A stretch of 64,000 bases of DNA from Octopus vulgaris (GCA_951406725.2 OX597816.1:2294001-2358000), one strand, 5' to 3'. Numbered from the stretch's first letter, positions 12,513-26,934 are shown. Translations and numbers: made by a program. The notes: a model not told the origin generated them from the letters alone.

Positions 12513-13996
12513 CTCAGAGCTAAAACTACGGTGAATTACCATCAATTTCCTTATAAATTGAATCAACAAAACAGACCTTATTTCCGATCAAACAACAGGC
12601 TGTATATCAATTCTTTAATATTGGTTAACATCAACTCATCAAGTAGGTATAAAAGTTAAAATTCTGATTTTAATTTGATTTGTTTTCTTTATATCTAAGC
12701 TATAATTGCATTACTATCTCTGTGCTTATTGTGAAATAATTGTTGGACTCTGTCTGATATTATATCACACTTCATCTGACCATTGGGGACATACAACATA
12801 AGACATTACAGCTGTTGGTAAGCCTCAGATATCTCTTGCTTTCTATAATTTCTCTGTTCAGATCCAAGTGAATTTTCTGATTTTAAAAAGATCCCGTTGT
12901 TTTTCTTAACTTATATTGATAATTTTGAAGAATTATTTTTGTATTATCTTTAAATTGCTATGTTGAAATGATAGGGAAAATGCTTGGGACAAACTGTTTG
13001 GAATAAATTTAATATTTTAGCTTCTGATATTTTATTTTCTTCTTGAGATTTTACAAAATATCTAAGACTACATTCATCTCTGGGATAATTTTTTTCTTAT
13101 CTTTTATCTGCCAGATCAAATTGTTGAAATGTTTATTTTTCTGTACCCTCTCAATGTTGTATCACTTCCAGAGAGATTGCTAGGTAGCATTAGTAACTAC
13201 TTTCAACACAACATCAGCAAACAACAAGGAAGTTTATGTGTCTTTACACCAGTAAAATGAGATTTGATTTACTAACTAACATCATGTTGAAATAAACATG
13301 TTTGTTTTCTTTATAGAAATTTTTGTTTTGCTCACACGGATACTTATCATCTAAAACTCTTTGTAGCCAATAAAGTTTTTACTGTTGACAGCTCCCTCCC
13401 CCCTCTCTCTCATATTACAAAGTTACCTAAGTGCACAGTGATTTTCATCTTGTTCATTCGTTGCCCCACCCTCACACACCATCACACTGTATTTCAAATG
13501 AATTTTACACAGCTTATTTACTATTGCTTCCAACTAGCACCAAATTAAGATGCTATGGATAATAATCTCGATGTAATAATAGCCTATATATATATATATA
13601 TATATACATAGTTGGTTGGTTTCTCCAGTCTTGCTTTATGCCGCATCAAAAGAGGGGGAAGAGACAGAAAGAGTTAAGTAATGCAGGTTGATTGCTCATA
13701 CTAGGCTTAGTGGAAGGAAGAGCAGCGGGGGAATAGATGACAATTATGGGATGAGTTATACAAATGAGAAATTTGTTTTAATTTTATTTTAAGGTGATAA
13801 ATCTTTTTCTCTTGAAAATTAGTATTCATTTCATCATTTTCTATAAGTATCAAGAAATTTGATAAAAGTGAAATTATAATTATTGTTTATATGCTATTTT
13901 TCCTGATATTATCCAGGGTGACAAAAGTATATGCTTCTAAAGTTACCCATCATATGACAGATAATACTTTGGTATATATATATATATATATATATA

Positions 13997-14147
13997 TCAT
14001 CATCATCATCATCATCGTTTAACGTCCGTTCTCCATGCTAGCATGGGTTGGACGGTTCGACCGGGGTTCTGGGAAGCCAGAAGGCTGCACCAGGCTCCAG
14101 TCTAATCTGGCAATGTTTCTACAGCTGGATGCCCTTCCTAACGCCAA
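13997..14147 (-). mobile_element. RTE 3' terminal fragment
   Basis: (CAT)n-cgtttaacgtccg-ccatgctagcatgg...gctggatgcccttcctaacgcc, set in TA repeats. Confidence 0.9.
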
Positions 14148-14148
14148 A

Positions 14149-14192
14149 TATATAATGTATATATATATATATAATGTATATATATATATATA

Positions 14193-14231
<39 letters not shown>

Positions 14232-14388
14232 GTATATATATATATATAATGTATATATATATATAATGTATATATATATATATAATGTGTATATATATAT
14301 ATAATGTGTATATATATATATATATAATGTTATATATATATATATAATGTATATATATATATATAATGTATATATATATAAATGTATA
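14149..14388. repeat. (ATAATGT(AT)n) compound minisatellite
   Basis: About 12 repeats of AATGT separated by variable (TA)n. Confidence 0.9.
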
Positions 14389-14670
14389 TCATCATCATCA
14401 TCATCGTTTAGCGTCCGTTTTCCATGCTAGCATGGGTTGGACGGTTCAACTGGGGTCTGGGAAGCCAGAAGGCTGCACCAGGCCCAGTCTGATCTGGCAA
14501 TGTTTCTACGGCTGGATGCCCTTCCTAACGCCAATCACTCCATGAGTGTAGTGGGTGCTTTTTACGTGCCAGACAAGTCTGGTAAACGGCCACGATCGGA
14601 TGGTGCTTTTTATGTGCCACCGGCACGGGGGCCAGGTGAGGCTGGCAACGGCCCCGAACGGATGGTGCTT
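14388..14670 (-). mobile_element. RTE 3' terminal fragment with 2 array units
   Basis: Same terminus and GGATGGTGC units as 8521-9420. Confidence 0.9.
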
Positions 14671-14691
14671 ATATATGTATATATAAATATA

Positions 14692-14732
<41 letters not shown>

Positions 14733-14857
14733 CCCAATATTGTGCCAATTGATATACATCTTTACAATGACCAAATCCCTTCAGACTTTGTTGCAAGCTT
14801 TTAAATTTCCTTTTAGGTTCTTCATTAATTTTTTCAAAACCAAATCAAAGTCCTTAA

Positions 14858-14927
14858 TAATAATAATAATAATGAAATTATTGTATACAGTGCTCAGGTG
14901 CACCACAACTTGTCAGAAAGCGCATAT
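14858..14927 (-). mobile_element. 70-bp retroposed 3' end with (ATT)n tail and 11-bp TSD
   Basis: AAAGTCCTTAA at 14847-14857 and 14928-14938 flanks (TAA)n plus ~55 bp of unique sequence. Confidence 0.7.
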
Positions 14928-15443
14928 AAAGTCCTTAAAATAGTTTGTTCAATACATTCAAGTTGACTTTGTATAAATGAAAGAAACCAGGCTGATAATC
15001 TGTAGATTCCCATTAATGGTCTTCTCGATTACTTCTTAACTTGCCTTCCTATTATCATCTTACTCGTGGCTTAAACTTGATAGTAATTTCAGCATTAGAC
15101 TCAAATATTACAAACTGTTTTGTTTTTTAATATTTTTTTTGTATTATCTAGAATTTGTTGCTTGCATGCTGCTTGCTGGGAATTTCTTTTTTTTCATTTT
15201 CTAATTTAACTGCCGCCATTACAATCATGTTTTGGCTGCTATGTTGTTCTCTAGAGTTTATTGTACACAATTTTGGTAATTAACAACACTGAAACCTAAT
15301 GCATTTGAGTAAGTTAATATTAGCAAGATTAAGAAGCATCAACCAGTGAGATTTTTCAAAATGTAAGCGACATAGAGGGTTAACAAATAGAACAGGTTGT
15401 CTTAAATATGGGATCACCTTCATGTTAACTTTCAATTTCCACT

Positions 15444-15605
15444 TCATCATCATCGTTTAGCGTCCGCTTTCCATGCTGGCATCGGTTGGACGGTGCAACT
15501 GGGGTCTGGGAAGCCAGAAGGCTGCACCAGGCCCAGTCTGATCTGGCAATGTTTCTACGGTTGGATGCCCTTCATAACGCCAACCACTCCGTGAGTGTAG
15601 TGGGT
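15444..15605 (-). mobile_element. RTE 3' terminal fragment
   Basis: Matches 26935-27110. Confidence 0.88.
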
Positions 15606-16380
15606 TAAAGGATAATGGGTACAGACATGGATAGGCATAAGTAAGGGGGTGTTGGTTTAGAAGTTCACTTCCCAACCATATGAGTTGGTGTGCAGTACCC
15701 ACTGCGTGGTACTAATACGATAGCTCCAGATTAACCAAAGCCTTGTGAATGGATTTAGTAGATGGAAACAGAAAGAAGCCTTTCATGTGTATGTGTGTTT
15801 GTGCTATGATCATATAGAGGTTATAAAATGCAGAAGTGCTATTCTAATCTGGTAACATTATTGATGGCTCTTGGTTAGAATTTCTGACCACAGGTTTCCA
15901 GCTGGTTGACTAATTGGACTAAGGGCTCATTGAATCAATAACTGGCTGAGTACTACAGACATGTGTGCCCTTAATGTAATCCTGAAACAGAACTGCCATA
16001 GCATGGTGTCTGATCAGGTTAGATCTTTGAATCACAAGTGTGGTCCATCAACAGCTTGTGTAGGCACAAAGCTACAGTAAGAGACATTTGTTTGAGATGC
16101 CATGAAATAGGATTGAACTCAGTGTCTAATGATTGTCATGCCAGTTTCTTGACCATTCAGCCATACTGCATCTAAAGTAACACTATGTCTGCAGATAAAA
16201 TTCATAAGAAACTGAAGGGAAATAATGGAGCTGGATGCAGCCTCTGTGGTTTGCCAAATTCTGTCAAACTACCTGACCGATGCTAGCATGGAAACCAGAT
16301 GTGATGATGTGAACTCATTCCTTCTGCAACAAATTTGAATATAAAGCAATGTCATGGAAATTTGTGGATGCCATCCAGTT

Positions 16381-16421
<41 letters not shown>

Positions 16422-17649
16422 GTAACTTGTATTCAAGTAGTAGAAAAATGAGGTTATGGTTTAATCTTATTGTTTTATCTATAAAAAGAATGAAAAATAG
16501 CAACAACAACAAAAAAAACAGCAATGGAAAAAGGGAAAGAAATAATAAAGCATCTTCAGTCTTAGATTTGAAGTTCCTTTATTGAAGTTGGCATCCAGTA
16601 CAAGACTGTTAAGAGGATAGAGAATGTTTGTACAATAGTTATATAGTCTCAGGAGAGAGTCTTAAAAAAGGGGAAATGGAAATTATAAGGTGCATAAACA
16701 TTCATATTCATACGCCTCTACGTAATATGTAAACGTGTGTATATATATATATATGCATGCACTGGTAGATGTGATTATGGCTAAAAGTGTGTATGTATAG
16801 AGAGAGAGAGAGAGAGATTTTGAGTGTACCCTCATCATATCATCACAATCTTCTTTCTCTGCTACTGGGGTAGCCATGTTTCTCCTTTACTCTAACCCCC
16901 TCATCTGGCACAAAGCTAGCTCCTTTAATACTACTCCCCACCTCAGTTGAAAGGGTCTTGTAACTCACTTGATGACCTCTTTGCTACTGGTGCCATGTAA
17001 AATGTGCCCAGTACACTCTGTAAAATGGTTGGCTTTGGGAAGGGCAGACAGTAGAGCTTGGTGCAATCTTCTGCCCCAGCCAACTCTAGTCAAACTGTCC
17101 AACCCATGCCAGCATGGAAAATGGACATTAAATGATGATGATGATGGATTTCCTACAGCTAGATGCCCTTCCCATCTCCAGCTCTCAACTGTTTTCAGGT
17201 AACTCTTTTTACTCTTTTACTTGTTTCAGTCATTTGACTGCGGCCATGCTGGAGCAGGTTATATTTCTCTATGATCACGCACAAAGACACACACACACAC
17301 ACACACACACATCATACGATATCAGATATAGTATCTCGTGCAGTTTGGCATGAAATCCAGACATCTACAGAATCGGTGTTTCAGCTTTCTATGGTGTTCT
17401 CTGTCAATGAGATCTATCTCTGTTCGATATGGTACATACTTGCCAGCATGCTGTTGTTTAACCATAGGCTATTCTTGACTGAGCGGGCCTATGTCAAAAG
17501 TAATTCTAACCATGACCTTCTCATCTCTTTGCATATCTTGGACTACATTACCCAATGAGTCTTTCTCTTTTGAAGATAATAGAATGTCATTTTGAGGGAA
17601 TGTAGTCACTATTTCTAGCAGACTGAGAGATCATGTAAAGTCTCAGTCT

Positions 17650-18250
17650 GACAAAAAAAGGCAATGGATCATGCCCTGTTGTGAGCATCATGTTATTTAA
17701 TTTCCAAATGGCTTTGTCCACCTTGGTGTAATTACCATAAAATAGGAACTGGCAGTTCATTACATTGGGAATACACCCTGTTGTATTTATGGACAGTATG
17801 TAATATGCTGGTGCCATAATCCACCTCACTTTGCCCCTCATCCCATGTATCCACACCACATAGTTATCTAATTTTTATTTATCTGTTTAGCTGTGTGAAT
17901 ATCATACATTCATTCCTTTGAACTGACTTATTTTTGAAACTCATACACATCACAACACTCCATCTTGCTCTTCCTTCATCTAAACGAACAACCAAACTTT
18001 TCCCTTATAGCAGCAAAGGGATTCTTTTAGCTTAGCAATGTCACCTCATCTCCTGCTGTAACAATGAGGCTGACCATATTTACATGAAGCGTCTCAGCTA
18101 AACATGCTTGCCATGTCATATGGCAGGCTACATGGTATTCTACTCCTCTCATCTAATCAGTTGAGCTTAACATGCCTTAATCACATTGACATTTCACACA
18201 AGTAAGCGAGCCAGCTGGCTTCAAATCATCTTCATTCTTCATAATCTGCC
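17650..18250 (-). pseudogene. Old, degraded RTE-like RT fragments
   Basis: Minus-strand pieces resemble VDKAIWK, EGVIPN and EAS.L...CNV of the RTE at 27415-30000; heavily disrupted. Confidence 0.4.
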
Positions 18251-20087
18251 AACTCATTCTCCTTCTTCTCAAAATGTATTTATGCCTTTTCTTTAGATTT
18301 CATTCTCAACCTAGCGAATTTTAATGTTTACTATCTCTGTATAATAATAGTTGATATAAATGTTGGGTGGTTGAATTCTCCAGTCACACTTTACATCATA
18401 CAGAAAGAGAGAGAGAATGTAAAAGCGAGGGCACATACTAGGCTTAGGAACAGGCAATGAGTAAAGGAATGTTATACATATACAGTAAGAAAAAATTATA
18501 AAAACAAAGGAAGAAAAGGATTAAATGACAGTAGTTATGGGTAGATTCTAAGTTTTTCTTTTTTTTTTTTTTTTTGAGAATTAGTATTCATTTCATCACA
18601 TTTTCTATAAACACCAAGAAATTTGATAAAAGTGAAATTATAATGATTGTATGTCTGCCATATTTCCTGATATTACCCATGGTGGTGAAACTAGACTTCC
18701 AAAGTTACCTGTCATATGACAGATACACTGTTGTTTTAAATATAATTTTAGAGATTATAAACTGAAAAATTCTTCTGAATTTCCAAGTTATATTTGTGTA
18801 AATCAATAATAGTTATTTTTTTATATTTCTATTCAATTTATAAGCAATTTTATACAATATTGGGGAAAAACAATTGGGTTTCTTACACTGTGAATATTTA
18901 TATTGTTCAATTTCATTGTTTGATAATGTCTATCAAAATCTTGATCTAAAAAAAATTGACATTTTGAAATGAAAATAATTGGAAAGTGAAATTTGTTACT
19001 GAAACTGACAAGGTTGATAAATTAGATTCTCTCTAATTATTTTGTCTTTCCAGTAGTTTTTAATAAGGTGCACCACAAACGAATATCAATATCTACTTAG
19101 TAGTTTATATTATAAATGTATCAATAACCATTTAATAATCTATATTATAGATGTATAACTATTTATCAATGTATATTATCCCTGTTGCTCTGACACCCCC
19201 CACCCCCCACCCTGCGTGCTTTGAGTCACATTTAGTCATTGGAAAAGCACAGACATTAGTTTAGAAACAAGAAACTTTAATAAACAATAATGTGCTTAAT
19301 AGTAATGTTTTATATGCAAATTTGTGGGGGTCGGGTTGGGGGTGGCAGGAGAAATGATTTAATAAAATCTTTCAAGCAGGCTTTGTTTTAAATAATTTTA
19401 AGAGAGATTTGTTAGCAACACGATAAGATATTCTTTTATAAAGCCAAAATTTGACAGCATCGCCTTGCAGTTCAATCAGAAAAATCTAGAGTTGATAAAA
19501 AAAAAAAATCAATATTTCTGCTTCAAAGTGGTTAATAATTGGAGTATTTGTCTCGTTTTGAATAACAACTGCCAAAGTGTATTGATTGCTAAAAATCCAA
19601 GATGGAAATGTGGAGGTTTTATTTATTTTTGGTTTTCCTACATGAGTGACAAGCAAAGATGTGGCAATGAGGTTGAAAAGCTTGTTTCCCAACTATGTGG
19701 TCTTGGGTCCAGCCCCACTGCTCAGCACCTTCAACAAGTATTTGGGCTGGTTAAATGCTAAAAGGGTTAAAGGAGTGAGAGAGAGATGGAGAGATGTGTG
19801 GATGCAAGGTCAGTAAGGAAACTCTTATTCCTTTCATTACCTTATTACTCTTTCATTGATACTATTTATAAATGGTGTTGGCAGGGAGGTGGAACGAAGA
19901 TTATCAATTTCACTTTATCACCAAATTTGTTTACTACTTCTGTGTGTGTGTGTGTGTGTGTCCCCCGCACATGCATGCTCAAATGTTCATGGGCATGGCA
20001 CTCCTATATGGTGACAAACACAATAGATAAAAAAAGGTAAACATATGTTTACATTCCACCATGGAACCCAAACATTAAATTATGATG

Positions 20088-20337
20088 ATGGTGGCACATA
20101 AAAAGCACCATCCGTTCGTGGCCGTTTGCCAGCTCTGTCTGGCACCAGTGCGGGTGGCACGTAAAAAGCACCCACTACACTCACGGAGTGGTTGGCGTTA
20201 GGAAGGGCATCCAGCCGTAGAAACACTGCCAGATTTGACTGGGCCTGATGAAGCCTTCTGGCTTCACAGACCCCAGTAGAACCGTCCAACCCATGCTAGC
20301 ATGGAAAGCGGACGCTAAACGATGATGATGATGATGA
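20088..20337 (+). mobile_element. RTE 3' terminal fragment
   Basis: One array unit, conserved terminus and (GAT)n tail. Confidence 0.9.
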
Positions 20338-20339
20338 AC

Positions 20340-20632
20340 ACCGAGTAATGCAGTTTTTTGACTGGATTTTGTTGATGGAAACTGAAAGAAGCTCATTGTG
20401 TGCACGTGCCCATGCATGCATATGCATGTTTGTGTTTATCCATGTCTTAACATCATGTGACATTATTCATTTCCAGTCTTGCACAGAAATATGTCTGGCC
20501 ATGTGGAAATACTACTTTGCTTGGAAATAGGTGAGGGTTGGTGATAGAAGGGGCATCTGGCTGTAAAAATTCTTCAGTGATTACCCATCTGACCCATGCA
20601 AGCATGGAAAAATGAATGTTAAATGAGGATGG
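20340..20632 (+). mobile_element. SINE fragment with RTE-derived tail
   Basis: ggaaactgaaagaagc body shared with the 32969 SINE, ending in gggcatc...ccatgcaagcatgg...gttaaatgaggatg. Confidence 0.65.
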
Positions 20633-22968
20633 ACAACAGCAGCTCAGACCTAAGCATTTGCTGTTAAACCTAACTGCAGCTAAATTGTGTTGAAAATGGA
20701 TGCAACTAATGCCCTGCTAATATTGATCCCTCCGTAGTCGGTCATGAAATCCACCAAAAGCTCTCTCAGACTTGCAGCAGGAAGAACAGCAGTGAAAGAC
20801 AAGAGCTGTAGGAATTGGTTTGATGTGTAAATGTAATGACTTGTTTAACATTTGATAGAAACAACTAACAAAACTAGTATCTAGTGGAAATATCTGTCAT
20901 TTGTTGTCCAAATAGGAGGGAATATATAAATAAATAAATAAAATACTGCTATCGTGTAACAAATGTGGAGAAGAGGCTTTTACTTCTTTGAAAAGCTTTT
21001 GGGAACTGGATTTGGTTTTCAGCCATAGATGAAATCTAATTCCCTTGCAGTAATGTTGATGTTACCAAGATAAGCTTTAAACAGTTGATAATATCAAGAG
21101 TATTTGATTCCGAATCTGATATTTATTGCTATATAAATCTTTGTCTGGCTTATTTTGAAAAGGTGAAAGTATAGAAAGTGTAAGCAGAAGAATATTCTGG
21201 CAATTCTGAGAGACTTTAGAAGCTAATAGCTAATCTAGTTAATTAGATTTTTTTTCTTCCTTTTACCTTGGTTAAATTGCTGCCAAATAGTATCTATCTT
21301 AATTTACTCTCTGCGGGTCTTCAAAACTTAGGTAAAGAGCCTTTTGAGGCTGGTGTGTATATGGCTAAGGGATCAGAAATGAAGAAAATTAAGAGAAAAC
21401 AATTTTTGGAGCAAATTATTAATCACTGAACCTAGCAACTACTGATAATGTTTATTTTTAGTTTGGTATAATCTCTCAACATTTTTGAAATCTCACTTTT
21501 CTTTCTCTAAACAAATAACTTCCATGTCCCAAATTTTATAACCTTTTTTCCTTACGTTTTAGCAAAGAAAACGGTGTTCATGTGTGAATCTATTTTGTTC
21601 TTAGATAAATCTTTATGGCTCAATCCTAGAAAAGGTATTGGCCTTGAAGTAGTGCCATGCTATTTTAGTAATTTATGCGGTAAATATTATTTATGGTTTG
21701 TAAATATTGCCAGAATTGATGTCTAAGATATTATCATCGCATATCATCTTAAAAGCAGAAAATATAATGATAAACAATGGTAAGTACTGAATATACATGA
21801 AATCTGAAGGTTGAGGCAGTTTGGGGAAGTCAGGAAAGAGAGGTATTCGTTAACAGATATAAATTTCATTTATGATGGACTTACAATATAAATGGACAAT
21901 GAAATTGCACAAGAAAGTGCTTTGAAATGGTAATAACAGTGGACATTGAAAGATTTGAAGTGCAGCATAAAATTGATAAGTTGGGATTAGTGAGAGATTA
22001 GTGAAAAAAATAAATGAACAGTTTGTCAAATACGTTTATCTAGACCCTGCTCATAATGAAAATAAAAATGTTGTAAACTGATTAGCGATACATAAGCATC
22101 TATCTGTTGAACAAAAGCGCAAGCATAATTTAGTGTAGCTATGGACTCCAAATCCACCATCCACATCCCTCTAAGATATGAATCAGTTCACAACCAAAGT
22201 CAGTTTTCCTTCTTAATGTACTTCTCATCTTCCCATTTGTCTATCCTAGTGTCACACACATCCTACCCCCGCACACTGTGGACTTCACCCACCTCTCCAC
22301 CTCATGAAACTCCCATCCCTGATTCTTGTACCTTCGTAGACTGCCATAGCTTAGAGATTCTAGAGTAACTGGTCTATTACCCTGTTGTTCTTACTGCCAG
22401 TTACCAGGAATATTGTGGGCATTTGAACCAGGTATGCCCTCACAATTGAACAGGATTACCAATATATTGTACCCTTTTTAGGACAAGAAATATTCTGTAA
22501 AACAGCAGCAACAGTAGTATTAAAAATATAACAAAATTCTGCATCCTTCTGTATAGTTTGGTTGTCTTTGCCTCCTCGGTGCCAGATTACTGCTGCTGGT
22601 AAAGGTTATTGCTCCTCCCACTAATGGTTGGTTTGGTATTTGCTCAGTCATGTGGCTTCTCTATAAACATAATTTCTGATTAGTTTAGATAATTGACCAA
22701 ATATATTAAAGGATACAGATAAATGCTTTGTTTCAACTCTTTACATTTTGGTCAACTTTGCTTTCACCCTGAAGTATTGAGGCTGATGTAACTGACTCCT
22801 CCCCCACCCCCACCCCCCACTCAGAAATAGCTGGCCCTGTGCCAAGATGTGAAATTGCCATTTATTTATGATGAACATTTTAATCTTAATCTGCATAATG
22901 TCTGTGCTACCATTCATTGATCTATACAACAACCTGCTTCACTGGTGACAACTTGATTTTCTTTTCTT

Positions 22969-23169
22969 CATCATTCTATGTAGTTTCTTCTCGAGCCATG
23001 CTGCTTTCCCGGTTTCAGTGGCGGAGAAATTCCCCACCTGGGACGGGACGCCGGGCCGTCGCAGGATTACTCATCCTCACATGCTATATACTTTGTATCA
23101 TCCTCCTCATCCCTCACCCTGGTGGCAATTATAAGAAATTATTACTACTGCTGCTCCTACTACTACAAC

Positions 23170-23224
<55 letters not shown>

Positions 23225-23778
23225 TGATGAAAACTCTCAGTTTATTTTACTGGTCATGCTTCAAGAACCCTGCAGGAACTCTTGCAGCATCATTCTATGT
23301 AGTTTCTTCTCGAGCCATGCTGGTTTCCCGGTTTCAGTGGTGGAGAAATTCCCCACCTGGATGGGATGCCAGTCCGTCGCAGGATTACTCATCCTCACAT
23401 GTTATATACTTTGTATCATCCTCCTCATCCCTCACCCTGGTGGCAATTATAAGAAATTATTACTACTGCTGCTCCTACTACTACAACTATTATTATTATT
23501 ATTATTATTATTATTTGATGAAACTCTCAGTTTATTTTACTGGTCATGCTTCAAGAACCCTGCAGGAACTCTTGCAGCATCATTCTATGTAGTTTCTTCT
23601 CGAGCCATGCTGGTTTCCCGGTTTCAGTGGCGGAGAAATTCCCCACCTGGGACGGGACGCTGGGCCGTCGCAGGATTACTCATCCTCACATGTTATATAC
23701 TTTGTATCATCCTCCTCATCCCTCACCCTGGTGGCAATTATAAGAAATTATTACTACTGCTGCTCCTACTACTACAAC

Positions 23779-23812
<34 letters not shown>

Positions 23813-24074
23813 TGATGAAACTCTCAGTTTATTTTACTGGTCATGCTTCAAGAACCCTGCAGGAACTCTTGCAGCATCATTCTATGTAGTTTCTTCTCGA
23901 GCCATGCTGGTTTCCCGGTTTCAGTGGTGGAGAAATTTCCCACCTGGATGGGATGCCAGTCCGTCGCAGGATTACTCATCCTCACATGTTATATACTTTG
24001 TTTCATCCTCCTCATCCCTCACCCTGGTGGCAATTATAAGAAATTATTACTACTGCTGCTCCTACTACTACAAC

Positions 24075-24111
<37 letters not shown>

Positions 24112-24175
24112 TGATGAAAACTCTCAGTTTATTTTACTGGTCATGCTTCAAGAACCCTGTGAAGAACTCTTGCAG
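22969..24175. repeat. Four ~300-bp tandem units, each containing a (TTA)n tract
   Basis: Units start at about 22969, 23288, 23578 and 23875. They are near identical except for (TTA)n length and alternating variants. Confidence 0.95.
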
Positions 24176-24345
24176 TTCCAAGCAATTCTGATTTTTGTAG
24201 GCGTTCTATCTTTACATTTGTACCAATTTTTTTGAGCCGTGCTGGTAGTTGAGTGCTTATACTTTCAAGCTTACCAATTACCATTGCTATCATGTCCACT
24301 CTCTTCTTTGCCCACAACTTGAGTATTTCCCACTTCAAACCATCA
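24111..24345 (-). mobile_element. R4/Dong-type (RLE) non-LTR retrotransposon 3' end
   Basis: LKWEILKLW...VIGKLESI...IERLQKSELLGTARVLHRVLEA* matches the RLE C-terminus of R4-like LINEs; followed by a short 3' UTR and (TAA)n. Confidence 0.8.
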
Positions 24346-25299
24346 TGGTTGTTCACCTCCCCCTCCCCCCTCTCTGTCATGCAAGTTTTTCCTTTTTTGT
24401 TCACGGCAACAACGTCAGGTTTCTGATGTCTGATCTAATGGTTGCACTGCTATTATTGTTGCTGTTGTTGTTGTTGTCGTCATCTACTTCAAGCTGAATA
24501 TTGTTCTCCCATTTCAGCACATCTCTTTCTTCATAATCGGTAACCCTATTCTTGCCCTCATTCTTTCATGATAGTTTCTAACTGGGTTTTTGTTTTGTTA
24601 CATTTTTACTTCTGTTTTTGAAAAATAACACTATCTTCAAGGACAAAAGTCTTAACAAAATATTGAAAATGAAATGAGAATATTTCCTTCACCATGCTGA
24701 TACGTTTCAAACAAGAATCTTTTTTTTTTTGCTGCAAGACTTGTAATTTACACAGAACAAGACTATCAGCACAGAGAAGTTCCCATGTGTACCTGGTTTT
24801 AAACTGGAGGTCTATGAGGAACAGAAGGGGACTAAGAACTGAGCCCCCTCAATACTACGTTCCCATCAATCAAGGAGTCTTATCCTGCAAGCTACTTGGT
24901 AACCTCACTAGTACCAGTGACGTGAAAAAACACCCTGTCAAAATAATCAGAGCACAATACAATCCCTTGACCTGTTTGGTTCTGTCAAGCTATCCAGCCC
25001 TGTGCGATCCTGGAATACAGATATTAAATGGTGAGGATGATCTATAACGAAAAATTTTAATGATATAGGCGAGTTTAAACTTTTTTGTAAAAGTTAGAAT
25101 ATCTGTAACTTCCATACCTTGAAGGGGCAAGGGGCACACAGCCATAAACAAGCCAAAAAAAAAGGGGTGGGATGGGAGAGGAATGCTTATCAACATGACA
25201 TACATTATAACAAAGGTAGGAAATTTGCAATGTCTTATTTGGTGGATGTCAAAGAGTCATAGCAGGGGACAAGATGGGCATATAAATTATGTAAAATGA

Positions 25300-25510
25300 G
25301 CGTGGCTGTTGCCAGTACCACCTGACTGGCATGCAAAAGCACCCACTACACTCTCGGAGTGGTTGGCGTTAGGAAGGGCATCCAGCCGTAGAAACTCTAC
25401 CATATCAAGATTGGTGTCTGGTGCAGCCATCTGGTTCACCAGTCCTCAGTCGAATCGTCCAATCCATGCTAGCATGGAAAGCGGATGTTAAACAATGATG
25501 ATGATGATGG
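25300..25510 (+). mobile_element. RTE 3' terminal fragment
   Basis: aagcacccactacactc...ccatgctagcatgg...(GAT)n. Confidence 0.88.
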
Positions 25511-26239
25511 TGGTAGTGATGGCAGAGATGATGGTGGTAATAGCGGGGATGATGATGATGATGATGATGATGGTGGTGGTGCTGCTGCTGCTGACTCCGA
25601 CTCCGACTCCTTTTTGCTGCTGTTAGTCAGACCTTACTTTCTTTTCATGTTGGTTTTAATTTAATAAATATCTTTTAAGTGGGAAGGATTTGTTAGTTTA
25701 GTATTTGTAAGCTTAATTACATATAAAGCTAGATTAGCTGCCTTGAAAATTTTAACTGGATCTGATAACAACATATCCCTGCTCATGCTTCAAAAACATG
25801 TTTTCATTTTTCTATTTCCAGGTAGAAACTAATCTCTGCACTAAAATACACCCATTGTGTGTGTGTGTGTGTGTTCATTTTTTTGATATATAACACGATT
25901 TCATTTTAAAATTTAATGTATAATTAGTTAATTAGTTGAATAAATTTATTCAATATACGATGCAATATGATTTCATCAGGAAATTCTTTTCAAAATCAAA
26001 TTGTTAATTTTTTTTGAAAAGAAAACAACCTTATGTGCTTATATTTCACAAATGTTTTATAAAGTATTTTTATGCATTTTTATACCTTTAAGCTTGCTTT
26101 GTTCCTTGATTTTAAAACCCATGAAGAAATATCTTTAATAACCACTGAAGCCATTTATAAAAATATTCAGTTGCATTAGATATTTTGAGGAACTTAGGTT
26201 TCGTGTGAAAATTCACAAGAACTGTTTTCATTATACTAT

Positions 26240-26455
26240 AATCCTTTCTACTATAGGCACAAGGCCTGAAATTTGTGGGGAGGGGCCTAGTCAATTACAT
26301 TAACCCCAATGTTTCACTGGTTCTTAATTTATCAACCCTGAAAGGATGAAAGGCAATAATGACCTCGGCGGAATTTGAACTCAGATCAGGGCGATGGGCG
26401 AAATACTGCTAATCATGTCACCCAGCATGCTAACAATTCTGCCAGCTCGATGCCT
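26240..26455 (-). mobile_element. tRNA-type SINE with Meta-like central domain
   Basis: Reverse strand: gagctggcagaa head, gagttcaaattcc B box, gcctttcatcctttcagggttgataaa domain; homologous to 34996-35214 and 44905-45670. Confidence 0.75.
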
Positions 26456-26934
26456 TTCATTGAACTGTAATAGATGAAGCTTCATCATTGTCATTGTCAT
26501 CACTGTCTTCGTCATGTGTTGGAGTGACATTGGGACTGCCAACAGTGTCTTCGTCATCACTGCTAGCATCATAACTGTTGTCATTGTCGTCTGTGTTGTG
26601 ATGACAACAACAATGGCAATACCAGTTATGATGACATCGATGGAGATGCATTATTTGAGGTGGCACAGGAAGGGTAGTAGAAATGGTAGAAACTAGAGAG
26701 GGGCCACAGTATGTCAATGAGCAAGCAACAAGTTGATGGGAGGACATTTGCAATTCAGTTGAACGAGGACTTTTTTTAAAGTGAATGAAATGGTTTTTAC
26801 ACACACACACACACACACATATATATACAATGGGCTTCCTTGTAATTTCCATCTTGCAAATTCACTCACAAAGAATTGGTCATTCCAAGGCTATTGTAGA
26901 AGGCACTTACCCAAAGTACCGCACACACAACAGC

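Noticed and set aside
20240-20275. CTGATGA followed by an agcc/ggct hairpin in the RTE tail
   Set aside because: No GAAA box, and most copies read CTGGTGCA here.
22917-24191. 424-aa poly-Leu ORF and poly-Tyr ORFs
   Set aside because: Product of the 300-bp tandem array and (TTA)n; no domain or splice support.
24790-24850. GSVLSPLLF RT motif on the minus strand
   Set aside because: Isolated ~60-bp old RTE scrap, too short to annotate as an element.
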